Source: a virus | Taxonomy: Duplodnaviria; Caudoviricetes | IMG/VR virus record: IMGVR_UViG_3300011334_000247 | Span: 1-56,239 of that record | Length of the DNA: 56,239 nucleotides | Strand: one strand, 5' to 3' | Shown here: piece after piece, positions 35,179 to 42,454 of the stretch | Position numbering within the stretch: position 1 is the first letter of the stretch | Layout: every line of letters starts with the position of its first letter | Made by a program: the position numbers and the translations under genes | The notes under the pieces: generated by a model | Databases searched by the model: none | Told to the model about the DNA's origin: nothing | The model's input: the letters and a program-made list of their open reading frames with translations, nothing else

Positions 35179-35636
35179 CAAGCAAAGAGAAAATCACGAG
35201 TGCGCAGACGAGCAAGAACCTGGGTGAGACGCCGTCCTATGACTTGGGCGACATCGACATCATCAGGGCTTGTGGAATGGCGGGACAGAGCAACCCGCTT
35301 GGGTTGTCGATTTGGAGGTGGCGGTATGCCGGTGACACGCGCGAAGTGTTTAAGGTCGCGGAGGGTTTGATCGATAGGGGTTATGAGACCAGGGTGGTGT
35401 ATGTGGTCCTGGATCACCTGGCCAACGATGTTTGCAAGGTATGCAAGGGTCGTGGCTATGGAACGGTGGAAGGGGCCCCGGTATTGAACGGTGAGGTTTG
35501 CGTCGACTGCCGGGGCACCGGTCGACGTCCTTTGGTTGGAGATGCAGAACAGGCCCTGATCGAAGTGATCATGGGCCTGGAGAGGGAGATCGCGGGCAGC
35601 ATCATGCGCCGACTGGCGCAGGACCTTGATCTCTGA
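35175..35636 (+). CDS. Putative late-gene antiterminator (lambda Q-like Zn finger)
   Basis: CKVCKGRG...CVDCRGTG; last gene of the middle operon, the usual Q position. Confidence 0.6.
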   Translation: MTSKEKITSAQTSKNLGETPSYDLGDIDIIRACGMAGQSNPLGLSIWRWRYAGDTREVFKVAEGLIDRGYETRVVYVVLDHLANDVCKVCKGRGYGTVEGAPVLNGEVCVDCRGTGRRPLVGDAEQALIEVIMGLEREIAGSIMRRLAQDLDL

Positions 35637-36021
35637 TGACCTGGTTGCAGTGAGGGCAGATGTCTCTGCCTTCACGCCTCTTGATCGCACGGTGAACAGC
35701 TGACTCGTGCACGCCAACCTGTTTGGCAGCAGCGTACACGGTCATGCCTTCATCGAGAACCAAGGCCAGGGCCTGCATGGTTTTGGACAAGGGCTGTGCT
35801 GCATTTCGTGGGTCGTCTCCGCGCTTGGACCAGATAGCGAAGGCAGCGTCTGGCCAAGCATCGGGTTTGCCGGTGAAGGCAGAGCACGAAGGCTGGCCAG
35901 CGTTGTCCCAGGCTACCAAATAACGCAGGTCGTCCCGGTCGGCCATGACGCGCAGCTTGTGGCGCACGTTGTCAGACCACGGGATGTCGTAGATGAACTT
36001 GTCAAAGTCGAGGAGGTTCAT
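35602..36021 (-). CDS. HTH DNA-binding protein
   Basis: GMTVYAAAKQVGVHESAVHRAIKR plus CPHC. Confidence 0.65.
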   Translation of the reverse strand: MNLLDFDKFIYDIPWSDNVRHKLRVMADRDDLRYLVAWDNAGQPSCSAFTGKPDAWPDAAFAIWSKRGDDPRNAAQPLSKTMQALALVLDEGMTVYAAAKQVGVHESAVHRAIKRREGRDICPHCNQVIRDQGPAPVGA

Positions 36022-36215
36022 GTCAAGCCCTCCAAGATTGCAACAGCGATAGCACGCATCTGGTGCCGGGGCAGTGTGACCGAGTAGGCCAACTGCCTGG
36101 CGTTGGGGTCCTTGGCTGCAAGCCACTGGGACTCGATCTTCAGGTGGTACTGGTCGAAAGTCTGGGTCGGTGTGACCGCGACGTGCAGTTTGTAGTCGTC
36201 GGAGACGTCGATCAT
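36018..36215 (-). CDS. Hypothetical protein
   Basis: GAGG RBS; overlaps neighbours. Confidence 0.6.
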   Translation of the reverse strand: MIDVSDDYKLHVAVTPTQTFDQYHLKIESQWLAAKDPNARQLAYSVTLPRHQMRAIAVAILEGLT

Positions 36216-36457
36216 GTCGTCACCTCCGGGCATCTTTCAAACAAGGCGACCAGCTTGGGGTCATCGATCTGGGTCCAGCCGTCTGGCCGATACCAAACCC
36301 CGTCCAGCTCGTGTGCGACCTGGCGACCGTAGTCGATTGGCCATCGAGAGGACTCGAGGATGCCCTCGCGAGGCATGTGTTGTGGTTGCACCGAATACAC
36401 GGCACGGTTGCCACTGGGCAACGTGACGAGCATGTTGGTGTTCGAGAGATTAGGCAT
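36212..36457 (-). CDS. Hypothetical protein
   Basis: 81-aa ORF, TAATG coupling. Confidence 0.6.
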   Translation of the reverse strand: MPNLSNTNMLVTLPSGNRAVYSVQPQHMPREGILESSRWPIDYGRQVAHELDGVWYRPDGWTQIDDPKLVALFERCPEVTT

Positions 36458-36987
36458 TAGAGCTCCTTCATTTTGGTTACGGTTTCAGTTAAAGCGGATG
36501 CCATGGGCGCACCCCTGGCAGCGATGATGCTGGCCAATTCGGTGTAGTACCACAAGACGTCTTCCTTGGGTGCCTTGAATTTTGCAAACACAGTTGGACC
36601 GTCGGAGACGATCGCCCTGGCGTTGTGCAATTTGTCAGACCCGGCAATCAGAAGAGCGTCGTTGCTTGCCTTGGCTAAGTGGGCCAGGTACTCGATTCTT
36701 TTTTCTTTCCAAGTGCCTTTGCCCAAGTGGCTGACGGCCATCACCAGGTCAGCGACATAGGGACCGAATTCTTCTCTGATCGGGATGATGTATTCCCGGC
36801 CAGCGTCTTCGACCACGTCGTGGAGAACTGCTGCAATGGCAACATCTTCACTGCCACCGTACTCCATGGCCATGGCCGAGACAGCGAGCGGGTGAGATAT
36901 GTAGGGCACGTTCGTGCCGGTTCTGAATACGCCAGCGTGAGCGGCAGTGGCCATAGCCACCGCCCTGGCATAGCGGGTTCTGTTCAT
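36457..36987 (-). CDS. HD-domain hydrolase, Mesh1/small alarmone hydrolase-like
   Basis: AH.G..R....PYISHPLAV...AAVLHDVVED...DKLHN pattern of SpoT/Mesh1 hydrolases. Confidence 0.85.
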   Translation of the reverse strand: MNRTRYARAVAMATAAHAGVFRTGTNVPYISHPLAVSAMAMEYGGSEDVAIAAVLHDVVEDAGREYIIPIREEFGPYVADLVMAVSHLGKGTWKEKRIEYLAHLAKASNDALLIAGSDKLHNARAIVSDGPTVFAKFKAPKEDVLWYYTELASIIAARGAPMASALTETVTKMKEL

Positions 36988-37073
36988 AACGGTCTCCAGA
37001 TAAAAATGTCCAACAACAAAGCGACCATGGCCGCGATGTATACGAGAGTGAGTGCAATGGCTTCGCGGTTCAT
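36984..37073 (-). CDS. Small membrane peptide, 29 aa
   Basis: Read manually: MNREAIALTLVYIAAMVALLLDIFIWRPL; 4-nt overlaps. Confidence 0.55.
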   Translation of the reverse strand: MNREAIALTLVYIAAMVALLLDIFIWRPL

Positions 37074-37405
37074 TCGATCCCCTGTTCTTTGGCAGCAGCC
37101 AAAATAATTTCGTCCATCTTGGCTTCGATTGCATCAGCGGTTGACTTGCTGATCATGTCGTAGCGTCCGTAGTTTTGTTTGATTTCCCTGGGCACGCCAG
37201 GGATGCGAAACACGGTGCTGAATTCACGGGCCAAATTGCAAAGCCCGTTGTTGTACAGGTCGTAGTAGCAGTTCGATGCCTTACGAAACTTTTCAAAATG
37301 CTTGTTGGAAGTCTTTGCGTTTGGCACAGAGCCAAAGAATGGCACCCGGTCTCTCAACGCATCGGCCTTGGCCTGGTATCGGCCCTTGCTTTCCCAATAT
37401 GTCAT
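37070..37405 (-). CDS. Hypothetical protein
   Basis: MTYWESKGRYQ...YYDLYNNGLCN. Confidence 0.7.
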   Translation of the reverse strand: MTYWESKGRYQAKADALRDRVPFFGSVPNAKTSNKHFEKFRKASNCYYDLYNNGLCNLAREFSTVFRIPGVPREIKQNYGRYDMISKSTADAIEAKMDEIILAAAKEQGIE

Positions 37406-37406
37406 G

Positions 37407-37670
37407 TCAGTCTCCAAAAAATTCAGCCAAGATGTTTCTCAACACGTAACGCGGTTCGGTGTCCCCCGCACCGAATTCCGAGTACAGCTCCAAGACTTTG
37501 CAGCCTTTGTTGTAAGCCTCATCCTTGTTTGTCGAGGCGTTGATGATGGCTGCAATCTCAATGTTGAGGGCCTTTGCAGCCGGTTCGCAGTCCCGGGTTC
37601 CTGTGTACAGGTCCCAGTCGTCGCCAGTCAGTTCAAGCACGATGGCTTTTTTGATGATCACGTTTCTCAT
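37407..37670 (-). CDS. Hypothetical protein
   Basis: AGGAG RBS; FGAGDTEPR motif. Confidence 0.7.
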   Translation of the reverse strand: MRNVIIKKAIVLELTGDDWDLYTGTRDCEPAAKALNIEIAAIINASTNKDEAYNKGCKVLELYSEFGAGDTEPRYVLRNILAEFFGD

Positions 37671-37685
37671 GTGTTCTCCTGATCC

Positions 37686-37760
37686 CTGGCAACCGGCCAG
37701 ATCGGTGTGCAAGCGCACTGGTCAGGGCACCCGGGTGGATGCCCTGCACCGCTGTGCTTA
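37686..37760 (-). ncRNA. Structured cis RNA element, class II copy A
   Basis: Long bulged hairpin + ACCGA + CTGGC-CGGTT-GCCAG hairpin just before RBS; covaries with 39621-39694. Confidence 0.5.
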
Positions 37761-38714
37761 CGCGGTCAACAAGTCCAAAGCGCGGGACTTGAGGTCAGCG
37801 CCTGCACCCCACTGGGATGCAACGAAGCGGTTTTCATCGCTACGAGCGCGGACGTGGTGGTCAGCGTATTCAGTGACAGCGTTGAGGAAGCCCCAACGTG
37901 TACCGAAGACACCGTCCATGGTGGAGCCCATGCCGCCGCCGTTGAAAAGGTCGAGGACCTTCTTGAAACCGGCAGTCTCACGGACCTTGTCACCGCCACC
38001 GAAGAGCGCGACGGCCATGTCGCCAGCCTGCTCTTCGTGCATGTCGACGTTGGCCAGGCTTGTCACTGTGTGACGGAAGGCATCCCATGCAGCAGTGTTC
38101 AGGCCCATGAATTCTTTGATTGATTCAGGGTTGAACACTGAGCGGTGAGTTACCTTGAAAGACGCGGGAGCGTCGGTCATGGCCATCTGCAAAGTGTTCT
38201 TGCAGACGGTGCGAACAGTGGTACGACGCACCTCAGTGGACAACGATCCGTCAGCCGAGGTGCTGATCAGGATGTAGCCGCCGATCTTGTCGGCCAATGA
38301 AGCGGGAGAGGCTTCGCCGATCTTGGCCGTAGCCCAGAAACGCTTGCCACCGTAGATCGTGCCAGCAGCTGACAACTCCAGGCCACCGGCCTTGGCGATG
38401 TCGCGGAAGAACTCGATCACTTCACCAGGCTGCACGACCTGGTACTTGCGGGACACGACACCCAGGGGTGCTTTCGTGTCGGAGCGGAACAGAACGTGCT
38501 GATCCGGCAATTCCACCTGGCCACCGTTGTATTCGGTGTTGAAGCGGACGATGCCACGCTTGATCTTCCAGTCCATGCCAGCGGCCTCGCGCCAAGCATC
38601 GAGGCTAGTGCCGTCGGCGAGTGCTTGGCCAAGGCCGTGCCAGGGTGTTCCGTCCGAAGCCAAGTAGGCAAATTCGACACGGCCATTAGCGCGGGTTGTG
38701 AGTTCGTGAGACAT
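37758..38714 (-). CDS. DUF932 family protein
   Basis: PWHGLG, AGMDW, LGVVS..Y.VVQP, STSADGS, VRTVCKNTL, GTRWG.LNAVTEYADH. Confidence 0.9.
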   Translation of the reverse strand: MSHELTTRANGRVEFAYLASDGTPWHGLGQALADGTSLDAWREAAGMDWKIKRGIVRFNTEYNGGQVELPDQHVLFRSDTKAPLGVVSRKYQVVQPGEVIEFFRDIAKAGGLELSAAGTIYGGKRFWATAKIGEASPASLADKIGGYILISTSADGSLSTEVRRTTVRTVCKNTLQMAMTDAPASFKVTHRSVFNPESIKEFMGLNTAAWDAFRHTVTSLANVDMHEEQAGDMAVALFGGGDKVRETAGFKKVLDLFNGGGMGSTMDGVFGTRWGFLNAVTEYADHHVRARSDENRFVASQWGAGADLKSRALDLLTA

Positions 38715-38736
38715 GATTCATTTCCTTTACAAAAAA

Positions 38737-38792
38737 ACCAAGCAGTTGCGGTCGCCTGGATACACCGCCAATACCCGGCACGCCGGGCATTG
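38737..38792 (-). ncRNA. Structured cis RNA element, class I copy 1
   Basis: 33-nt core ACCAAGCAGTYRCGGTCGCCTGGATACACCGCC (+ strand) plus hairpin with GCGTGC loop. Confidence 0.6.
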
Positions 38793-38798
38793 CAAGGG

Positions 38799-39101
38799 CT
38801 ATGCGCCCTCCATTTCAAATAACCAGTCACCACCCATGGCAGCTTCGACGAAGCTGATGCTGCCCTTGGTGCCTTCTTTCACGTCGTCCCTTGAAGGGAT
38901 CACGTTGCCGTAGTAGTCACGGGCAGCAGCTGGTCCGAGCAAGCAACGGCCAGAGCTGATGGCGTCCATCATCACCCGGCCATAGCTGCCTTGCAGCGAC
39001 CAGGCACCGGAGTTGATGGCGCGTTGCACGGCCAGGTAAAAGTCGAGTTCGGTGACTTCGTCATCCGACTCGATCGCGGCGATGTCGTTAAGTGTCAGCA
39101 T
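38799..39101 (-). CDS. Hypothetical protein
   Basis: AINSGAWSLQGSYGR motif; 100 aa. Confidence 0.7.
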   Translation of the reverse strand: MLTLNDIAAIESDDEVTELDFYLAVQRAINSGAWSLQGSYGRVMMDAISSGRCLLGPAAARDYYGNVIPSRDDVKEGTKGSISFVEAAMGGDWLFEMEGA

Positions 39102-39313
39102 TCCAATTCCCCTTTCATGGCCCGGAAGATCAGGGCCTTACCTTTATTGAGAGATTGCCGAGCGCCTTCGATGTCACCGAAGGCCATCTGTTCTTGGGCG
39201 TCGGACATCAAGCCCGCGACGACCATGTTGACGCCAGCAACCTGGTACGTGATCGAGTCGACCACGCTGGCGATGAATTCATCGATGTCGCAACCGTACA
39301 TTTGGTCAACCAT
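39095..39313 (-). CDS. Hypothetical protein
   Basis: GGAG RBS; MYGCDID...LMSDAQE...RQSLNKGK. Confidence 0.65.
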   Translation of the reverse strand: MVDQMYGCDIDEFIASVVDSITYQVAGVNMVVAGLMSDAQEQMAFGDIEGARQSLNKGKALIFRAMKGELEC

Positions 39314-39314
39314 G

Positions 39315-39602
39315 TCAGTTCTCCAAAGGTTCGGTTTGAGCGGCCAGCAAGTTGTAGCTGACGGTGGTGTACTTGGTGACCAAGTCGGCGGGAGCTTCGA
39401 GCTCCTGGGCAACCTTGGCCCAAGCAACGCTTTTCTTTTCAGGCGTCAGCTTGACGGTGGTGACGTACATGCTGCCTCTGTAAGTGCCAGCACCCAGCAA
39501 CTTGATTTTGTTTTTCAAGTCTTCGGCCTGTTCTTGCAAGGCGTCGATCTGGTCTTCCAACAGGCCGAGCTCGTCGACCATCTTCAAAGCGGTGGTATCC
39601 AT
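39315..39602 (-). CDS. Hypothetical protein
   Basis: GGAG RBS; VDELGLL..QI..L coiled coil. Confidence 0.7.
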   Translation of the reverse strand: MDTTALKMVDELGLLEDQIDALQEQAEDLKNKIKLLGAGTYRGSMYVTTVKLTPEKKSVAWAKVAQELEAPADLVTKYTTVSYNLLAAQTEPLEN

Positions 39603-39620
39603 AAGAATCTCCAAAGAAAC

Positions 39621-39694
39621 ACCAGCGACCGGCTGGTTCGGAGTGTTGATCACACTGCACTGCACCCTGTCACGGTGCAGCACGCTGGGATCAA
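39621..39694 (-). ncRNA. Structured cis RNA element, class II copy B
   Basis: TTGATC...GATCAA-closed hairpin + TCCGA + CCAGC-CGGTC-GCTGG hairpin before RBS. Confidence 0.5.
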
Positions 39695-39870
39695 ACGGCC
39701 ATCTGTTCAGCGAAGATGTAATTTGCAGCAGCCTTTGCGTCCTTGAGCGAGTCGACGTTCCAGCCTGTGTAGCTGTCGCCGTCCTTGTCAAAGAACAATT
39801 CATAAACCTGAGCGGCTTGGCTGAACGCAGCCCAGATTTCGACGTTGCCTTTTGATGCGATGAATTTCAT
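39691..39870 (-). CDS. Hypothetical protein, 59 aa
   Basis: Read manually: MKFIASKGNVEIWAAFSQAAQVYELFFDKDGDSYTGWNVDSLKDAKAAANYIFAEQMAV; AAGGAG RBS. Confidence 0.7.
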   Translation of the reverse strand: MKFIASKGNVEIWAAFSQAAQVYELFFDKDGDSYTGWNVDSLKDAKAAANYIFAEQMAV

Positions 39871-39885
39871 GTGATCTCCTTTAAG

Positions 39886-40065
39886 TTAAGCGGGGGCAAA
39901 CAGTTTCCGACCTTCCCTCATAAACACGCGGAAGGCAACAGCCTCCCGGTTGTCGAGTTCGTCGGCAGCAAGCATCTCTTCCATCTCGATGAGCATTTCC
40001 AGGAAGCCCAGGCCGTAAGCCTCGCGCTTGTTGTCGATGATGTTGATTGCGGTTGTGATGTCCAT
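39886..40065 (-). CDS. Hypothetical protein
   Basis: GGAG RBS before MDITTAINII. Confidence 0.65.
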   Translation of the reverse strand: MDITTAINIIDNKREAYGLGFLEMLIEMEEMLAADELDNREAVAFRVFMREGRKLFAPA

Positions 40066-40067
40066 GT

Positions 40068-40280
40068 TTATCTCCAAACTGAGTAAGGTTCGCCACCGCT
40101 GAGCGCGATGTCGTAGGGTGAAAAGATCGGGGTGAATTTGCGGGCGCTGTTCATAATGTTCACAGCGTTGTCGTAGAAGTCTTCGCGCAAGGTGTCAAAA
40201 CGCTTGCCCCCTACTTCTACCAGCGGCATTTCCAGATCGATCAGTTGTACGCTGAGCGGTATGTCGCGGTACTTTTTCAT
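40068..40280 (-). CDS. Hypothetical protein
   Basis: GGAGG RBS, 70 aa. Confidence 0.6.
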   Translation of the reverse strand: MKKYRDIPLSVQLIDLEMPLVEVGGKRFDTLREDFYDNAVNIMNSARKFTPIFSPYDIALSGGEPYSVWR

Positions 40281-40471
40281 ACGACCTCCGGTGTGTAGGC
40301 GCTGACGTACTCGATTTCGTAACCGAGGGCCTTGATCACGGCCAGGTCGCCGGTGCTGAAAGTCTTTGTGCCGACCAGGGCAGCAAGCAACTCAGCAGTG
40401 CGGTTGCCTGGTGCTGGGTAAACCTTGGGAAGGCCGTACACCGATTTGATTGTCAAAACGACAGTTGGCAT
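40277..40471 (-). CDS. Hypothetical protein
   Basis: IKSVYG..KVYP...L.GTKT...IKALGY motif; AGGAG RBS. Confidence 0.7.
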   Translation of the reverse strand: MPTVVLTIKSVYGLPKVYPAPGNRTAELLAALVGTKTFSTGDLAVIKALGYEIEYVSAYTPEVV

Positions 40472-40488
40472 GTCTATCTCCTGAAAGT

Positions 40489-40545
40489 ACCAAGCAGTTA
40501 CGGTCGCCTGGATACACCGCCAATGCCGAGCACGCCGGGCATTGG
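40489..40545 (-). ncRNA. Structured cis RNA element, class I copy 2
   Basis: Same 33-nt core plus hairpin. Confidence 0.6.
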
Positions 40546-40565
40546 AAGGGCCGAAGCCCTGGGGG

Positions 40566-40661
40566 TTAGGAGTTCAACCACTCCTCAAAGGTTTTGATTG
40601 GCCAGCCAAGGTCCTTGGCGCAGGCCACGTAAATTTGATAACGCGATTGCAGGCTTTCCAT
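40566..40661 (-). CDS. Small protein, 31 aa
   Basis: Read manually: MESLQSRYQIYVACAKDLGWPIKTFEEWLNS; AAGGAG RBS. Confidence 0.65.
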   Translation of the reverse strand: MESLQSRYQIYVACAKDLGWPIKTFEEWLNS

Positions 40662-40676
40662 ATTTACTCCTTGAAG

Positions 40677-40889
40677 TTAAGTTCCGTAAGTTCCCCAGGC
40701 AGGCATCTCCCACAGCCATTCGGTGGCTGAGTAGGGCAGCGACTCCCGTGTGCGTTCGTTGTTGGCGTATGCAACCAGTGCAGCCCGGTCCGACCGAAGC
40801 CGTTCGAGCGTGGCAGTTACATGCGCATCAGGCCGATACGACTCAAACATCTTGATGTTGAAGTCGATCTTGGCAAGTGCTTTTTCCAT
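40677..40889 (-). CDS. Hypothetical protein (first early gene)
   Basis: GGAG RBS before MEKALAK. Confidence 0.6.
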   Translation of the reverse strand: MEKALAKIDFNIKMFESYRPDAHVTATLERLRSDRAALVAYANNERTRESLPYSATEWLWEMPAWGTYGT

Positions 40890-40904
40890 GCTGATCTCCA
40901 AAGT

Positions 40905-40961
40905 ACCAAGCAGTCACGGTCGCCTGGATACACCGCCGGAAGGCAGCACGCTGCCCTCTGG
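40905..40961 (-). ncRNA. Structured cis RNA element, class I copy 3
   Basis: Same core; hairpin stem sequence replaced but pairing and loop kept. Confidence 0.6.
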
Positions 40962-41105
40962 TCCATCCTTCGCACTCGTCAGTCTGGGGGACTGGTTCTT
41001 AGCGGTCTGGCCTTTAGGTTCCCTGGTCGGTACTGCGTAATCGGCTGGTTCCCTTTTTGTATCCCCCTGGTCCTTCGGGGCTCAGTCGTTTCTGACTAGG
41101 ACTCC

Positions 41106-41133
41106 AATGTAGCACACTGACAGTGACTGTCAA
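41106..41133 (-). promoter_or_regulatory. Early sigma70 promoter with overlapping palindromic operator
   Basis: TTGACA-16-TACATT with TG extension; palindrome TGACAG-TGA-CTGTCA at 41118-41132. Confidence 0.65.
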
Positions 41134-41230
41134 GTAAATATTAAGTTTCGGCAAAAATACAACAAAAATCTTTTTGCCGGCGTTGTTTTTACGCAACAAA
41201 TATTTTGATTTTTTGATGGTTTTCAGCCAC

Positions 41231-41280
41231 TTGACCCGGTTTGCACGTCGGTTTACACTCTTCGCGGGACCGTGCGTCTC
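41231..41280 (+). promoter_or_regulatory. Late promoter 2 (TTGACC-17-TACACT) with GGGACC leader hairpin
   Basis: -35 41231-36, -10 41254-59, GGGACCGTGCGTCTC 41266-80. Confidence 0.7.
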
Positions 41281-41294
41281 AAAAAACTGTTAAC

Positions 41295-41319
41295 AAAGCC
41301 GCCTCTCAGGCGGCTTTTT
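41295..41319 (+). terminator. Promoter-proximal intrinsic terminator
   Basis: AAAGCCGCCT-CTC-AGGCGGCTTTTT. Confidence 0.75.
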
Positions 41320-41332
41320 CATTGGGAAAATC

Positions 41333-41572
41333 ATGCAACAAATCACAATCACCGTCGGCGACGACGGCAATATCACAGTCGAAACAAGCGAAGGTGGGGA
41401 GCCGTACCAATGTCAAAGCACCGATGAGTGCTTGAAGTACGTCGGCATGATCCTCAAGGAAGAATCGGGCGAAAGCCCACAAGAGCAATCCACTGAAGGG
41501 CCGGAGAACTACGGCAAGATGTGGGAGCAAGAGGCCCAAAAGCGTCAACCCCAACCTGGCCTCATGGCCTAA
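41333..41572 (+). CDS. Hypothetical acidic protein
   Basis: 79-aa ORF, first late gene. Confidence 0.65.
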   Translation: MQQITITVGDDGNITVETSEGGEPYQCQSTDECLKYVGMILKEESGESPQEQSTEGPENYGKMWEQEAQKRQPQPGLMA

Positions 41573-41586
41573 TCAAGGAGCTAACT

Positions 41587-41820
41587 ATGCAAAGCTATTC
41601 AAACCCAGAATCCCGCAACACCATGCGTGCAGCAGGCAACCCGATGAAAACCGGCGCAGCTATCGGCGGCGGTGGCAATCAAACACAAGGCGCTGGCCAA
41701 ATCCCTGGCAAAGTGTCCGTGCCCATGCCTGGCACCGATAAGACCCAATCCGCATACAAAGGCGGCACGGCTAAAGCCCCCATGGGTTTTAACAACGGCC
41801 TGATCGCTGGAAAAATCTAA
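41587..41820 (+). CDS. Hypothetical Gly/Lys-rich protein
   Basis: AAGGAG RBS before MQSYSNP. Confidence 0.65.
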   Translation: MQSYSNPESRNTMRAAGNPMKTGAAIGGGGNQTQGAGQIPGKVSVPMPGTDKTQSAYKGGTAKAPMGFNNGLIAGKI

Positions 41821-41978
41821 TGCCTAGCAAGTCCGCTGCCCAGGCCAGGATGATGGCCGCAGCCGCTCACAACCCCGCCTTCGCTAAGAAGGTGGGTGTT
41901 CCTGTGTCTGTGGCTGAGGACTACAACAAGGCTGACAAGGGCACGGGCATCATTCGCAAAGCGATGAAGAAAAAATGA
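41820..41978 (+). CDS. Small basic protein, 52 aa
   Basis: Read manually: MPSKSAAQARMMAAAAHNPAFAKKVGVPVSVAEDYNKADKGTGIIRKAMKKK. Confidence 0.75.
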   Translation: MPSKSAAQARMMAAAAHNPAFAKKVGVPVSVAEDYNKADKGTGIIRKAMKKK

Positions 41979-42145
41979 AGCCCGGTCTCTACGCCAACAT
42001 TCACGCCAAGCAAGAGCGAATCGCTGCTGGCAGCGGTGAGCACATGCGCAAACCAGGCACCAAAGGTGCGCCGACCGCAGAGGCTTTCCGCGAATCAGCG
42101 AAGACTGCAAAGCCTGGCATCATTCGCAAGGCGATGAAGAAATGA
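41975..42145 (+). CDS. Small basic protein, 56 aa
   Basis: Read manually: MKPGLYANIHAKQERIAAGSGEHMRKPGTKGAPTAEAFRESAKTAKPGIIRKAMKK. Confidence 0.75.
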   Translation: MKPGLYANIHAKQERIAAGSGEHMRKPGTKGAPTAEAFRESAKTAKPGIIRKAMKK

Positions 42146-42453
42146 AAACACCAGCGTGGCAACGATCCGAGGGGAAGAACCCCGAGGGTGGACTCAATGC
42201 GAAGGGTCGCGCAAGCGCCAAGGCTGAGGGCATGAACCTCAAAGCTCCGGTGAAGTCCGGCGACAATCCACGTCGCGCGAGCTTCCTGGCCAGGATGGGC
42301 AACATGCCTGGTCCTGAACGCAAGAACGGCGAGCCGACCCGGCTGTTGTTGAGCTTGCAGGCTTGGGGCGCATCAAGCAAAGCAGACGCGAAGGCCAAGG
42401 CCAAAGCGATCAGCGCACGCAACGGCATCATTCGCAAAGCGATGAAGGATTGA
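42142..42453 (+). CDS. Small basic protein (DUF6321-like)
   Basis: PAWQRSEGKNPEGGLNAKGRAS...RRASFLARM. Confidence 0.75.
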   Translation: MKTPAWQRSEGKNPEGGLNAKGRASAKAEGMNLKAPVKSGDNPRRASFLARMGNMPGPERKNGEPTRLLLSLQAWGASSKADAKAKAKAISARNGIIRKAMKD

Positions 42454-42454
42454 C

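Noticed and set aside
38737-40961. CRISPR-like array from the 33-nt repeat
   Set aside because: Copies are 416 and 1752 bp apart and separated by genes; no cas operon (DUF2800 is a routine phage replication nuclease).
40970-41100. Possible hammerhead ribozyme (CTGACGA and GAAAC on - strand)
   Set aside because: Stems I and III cannot be formed around a GUC/NUH site with these motifs.
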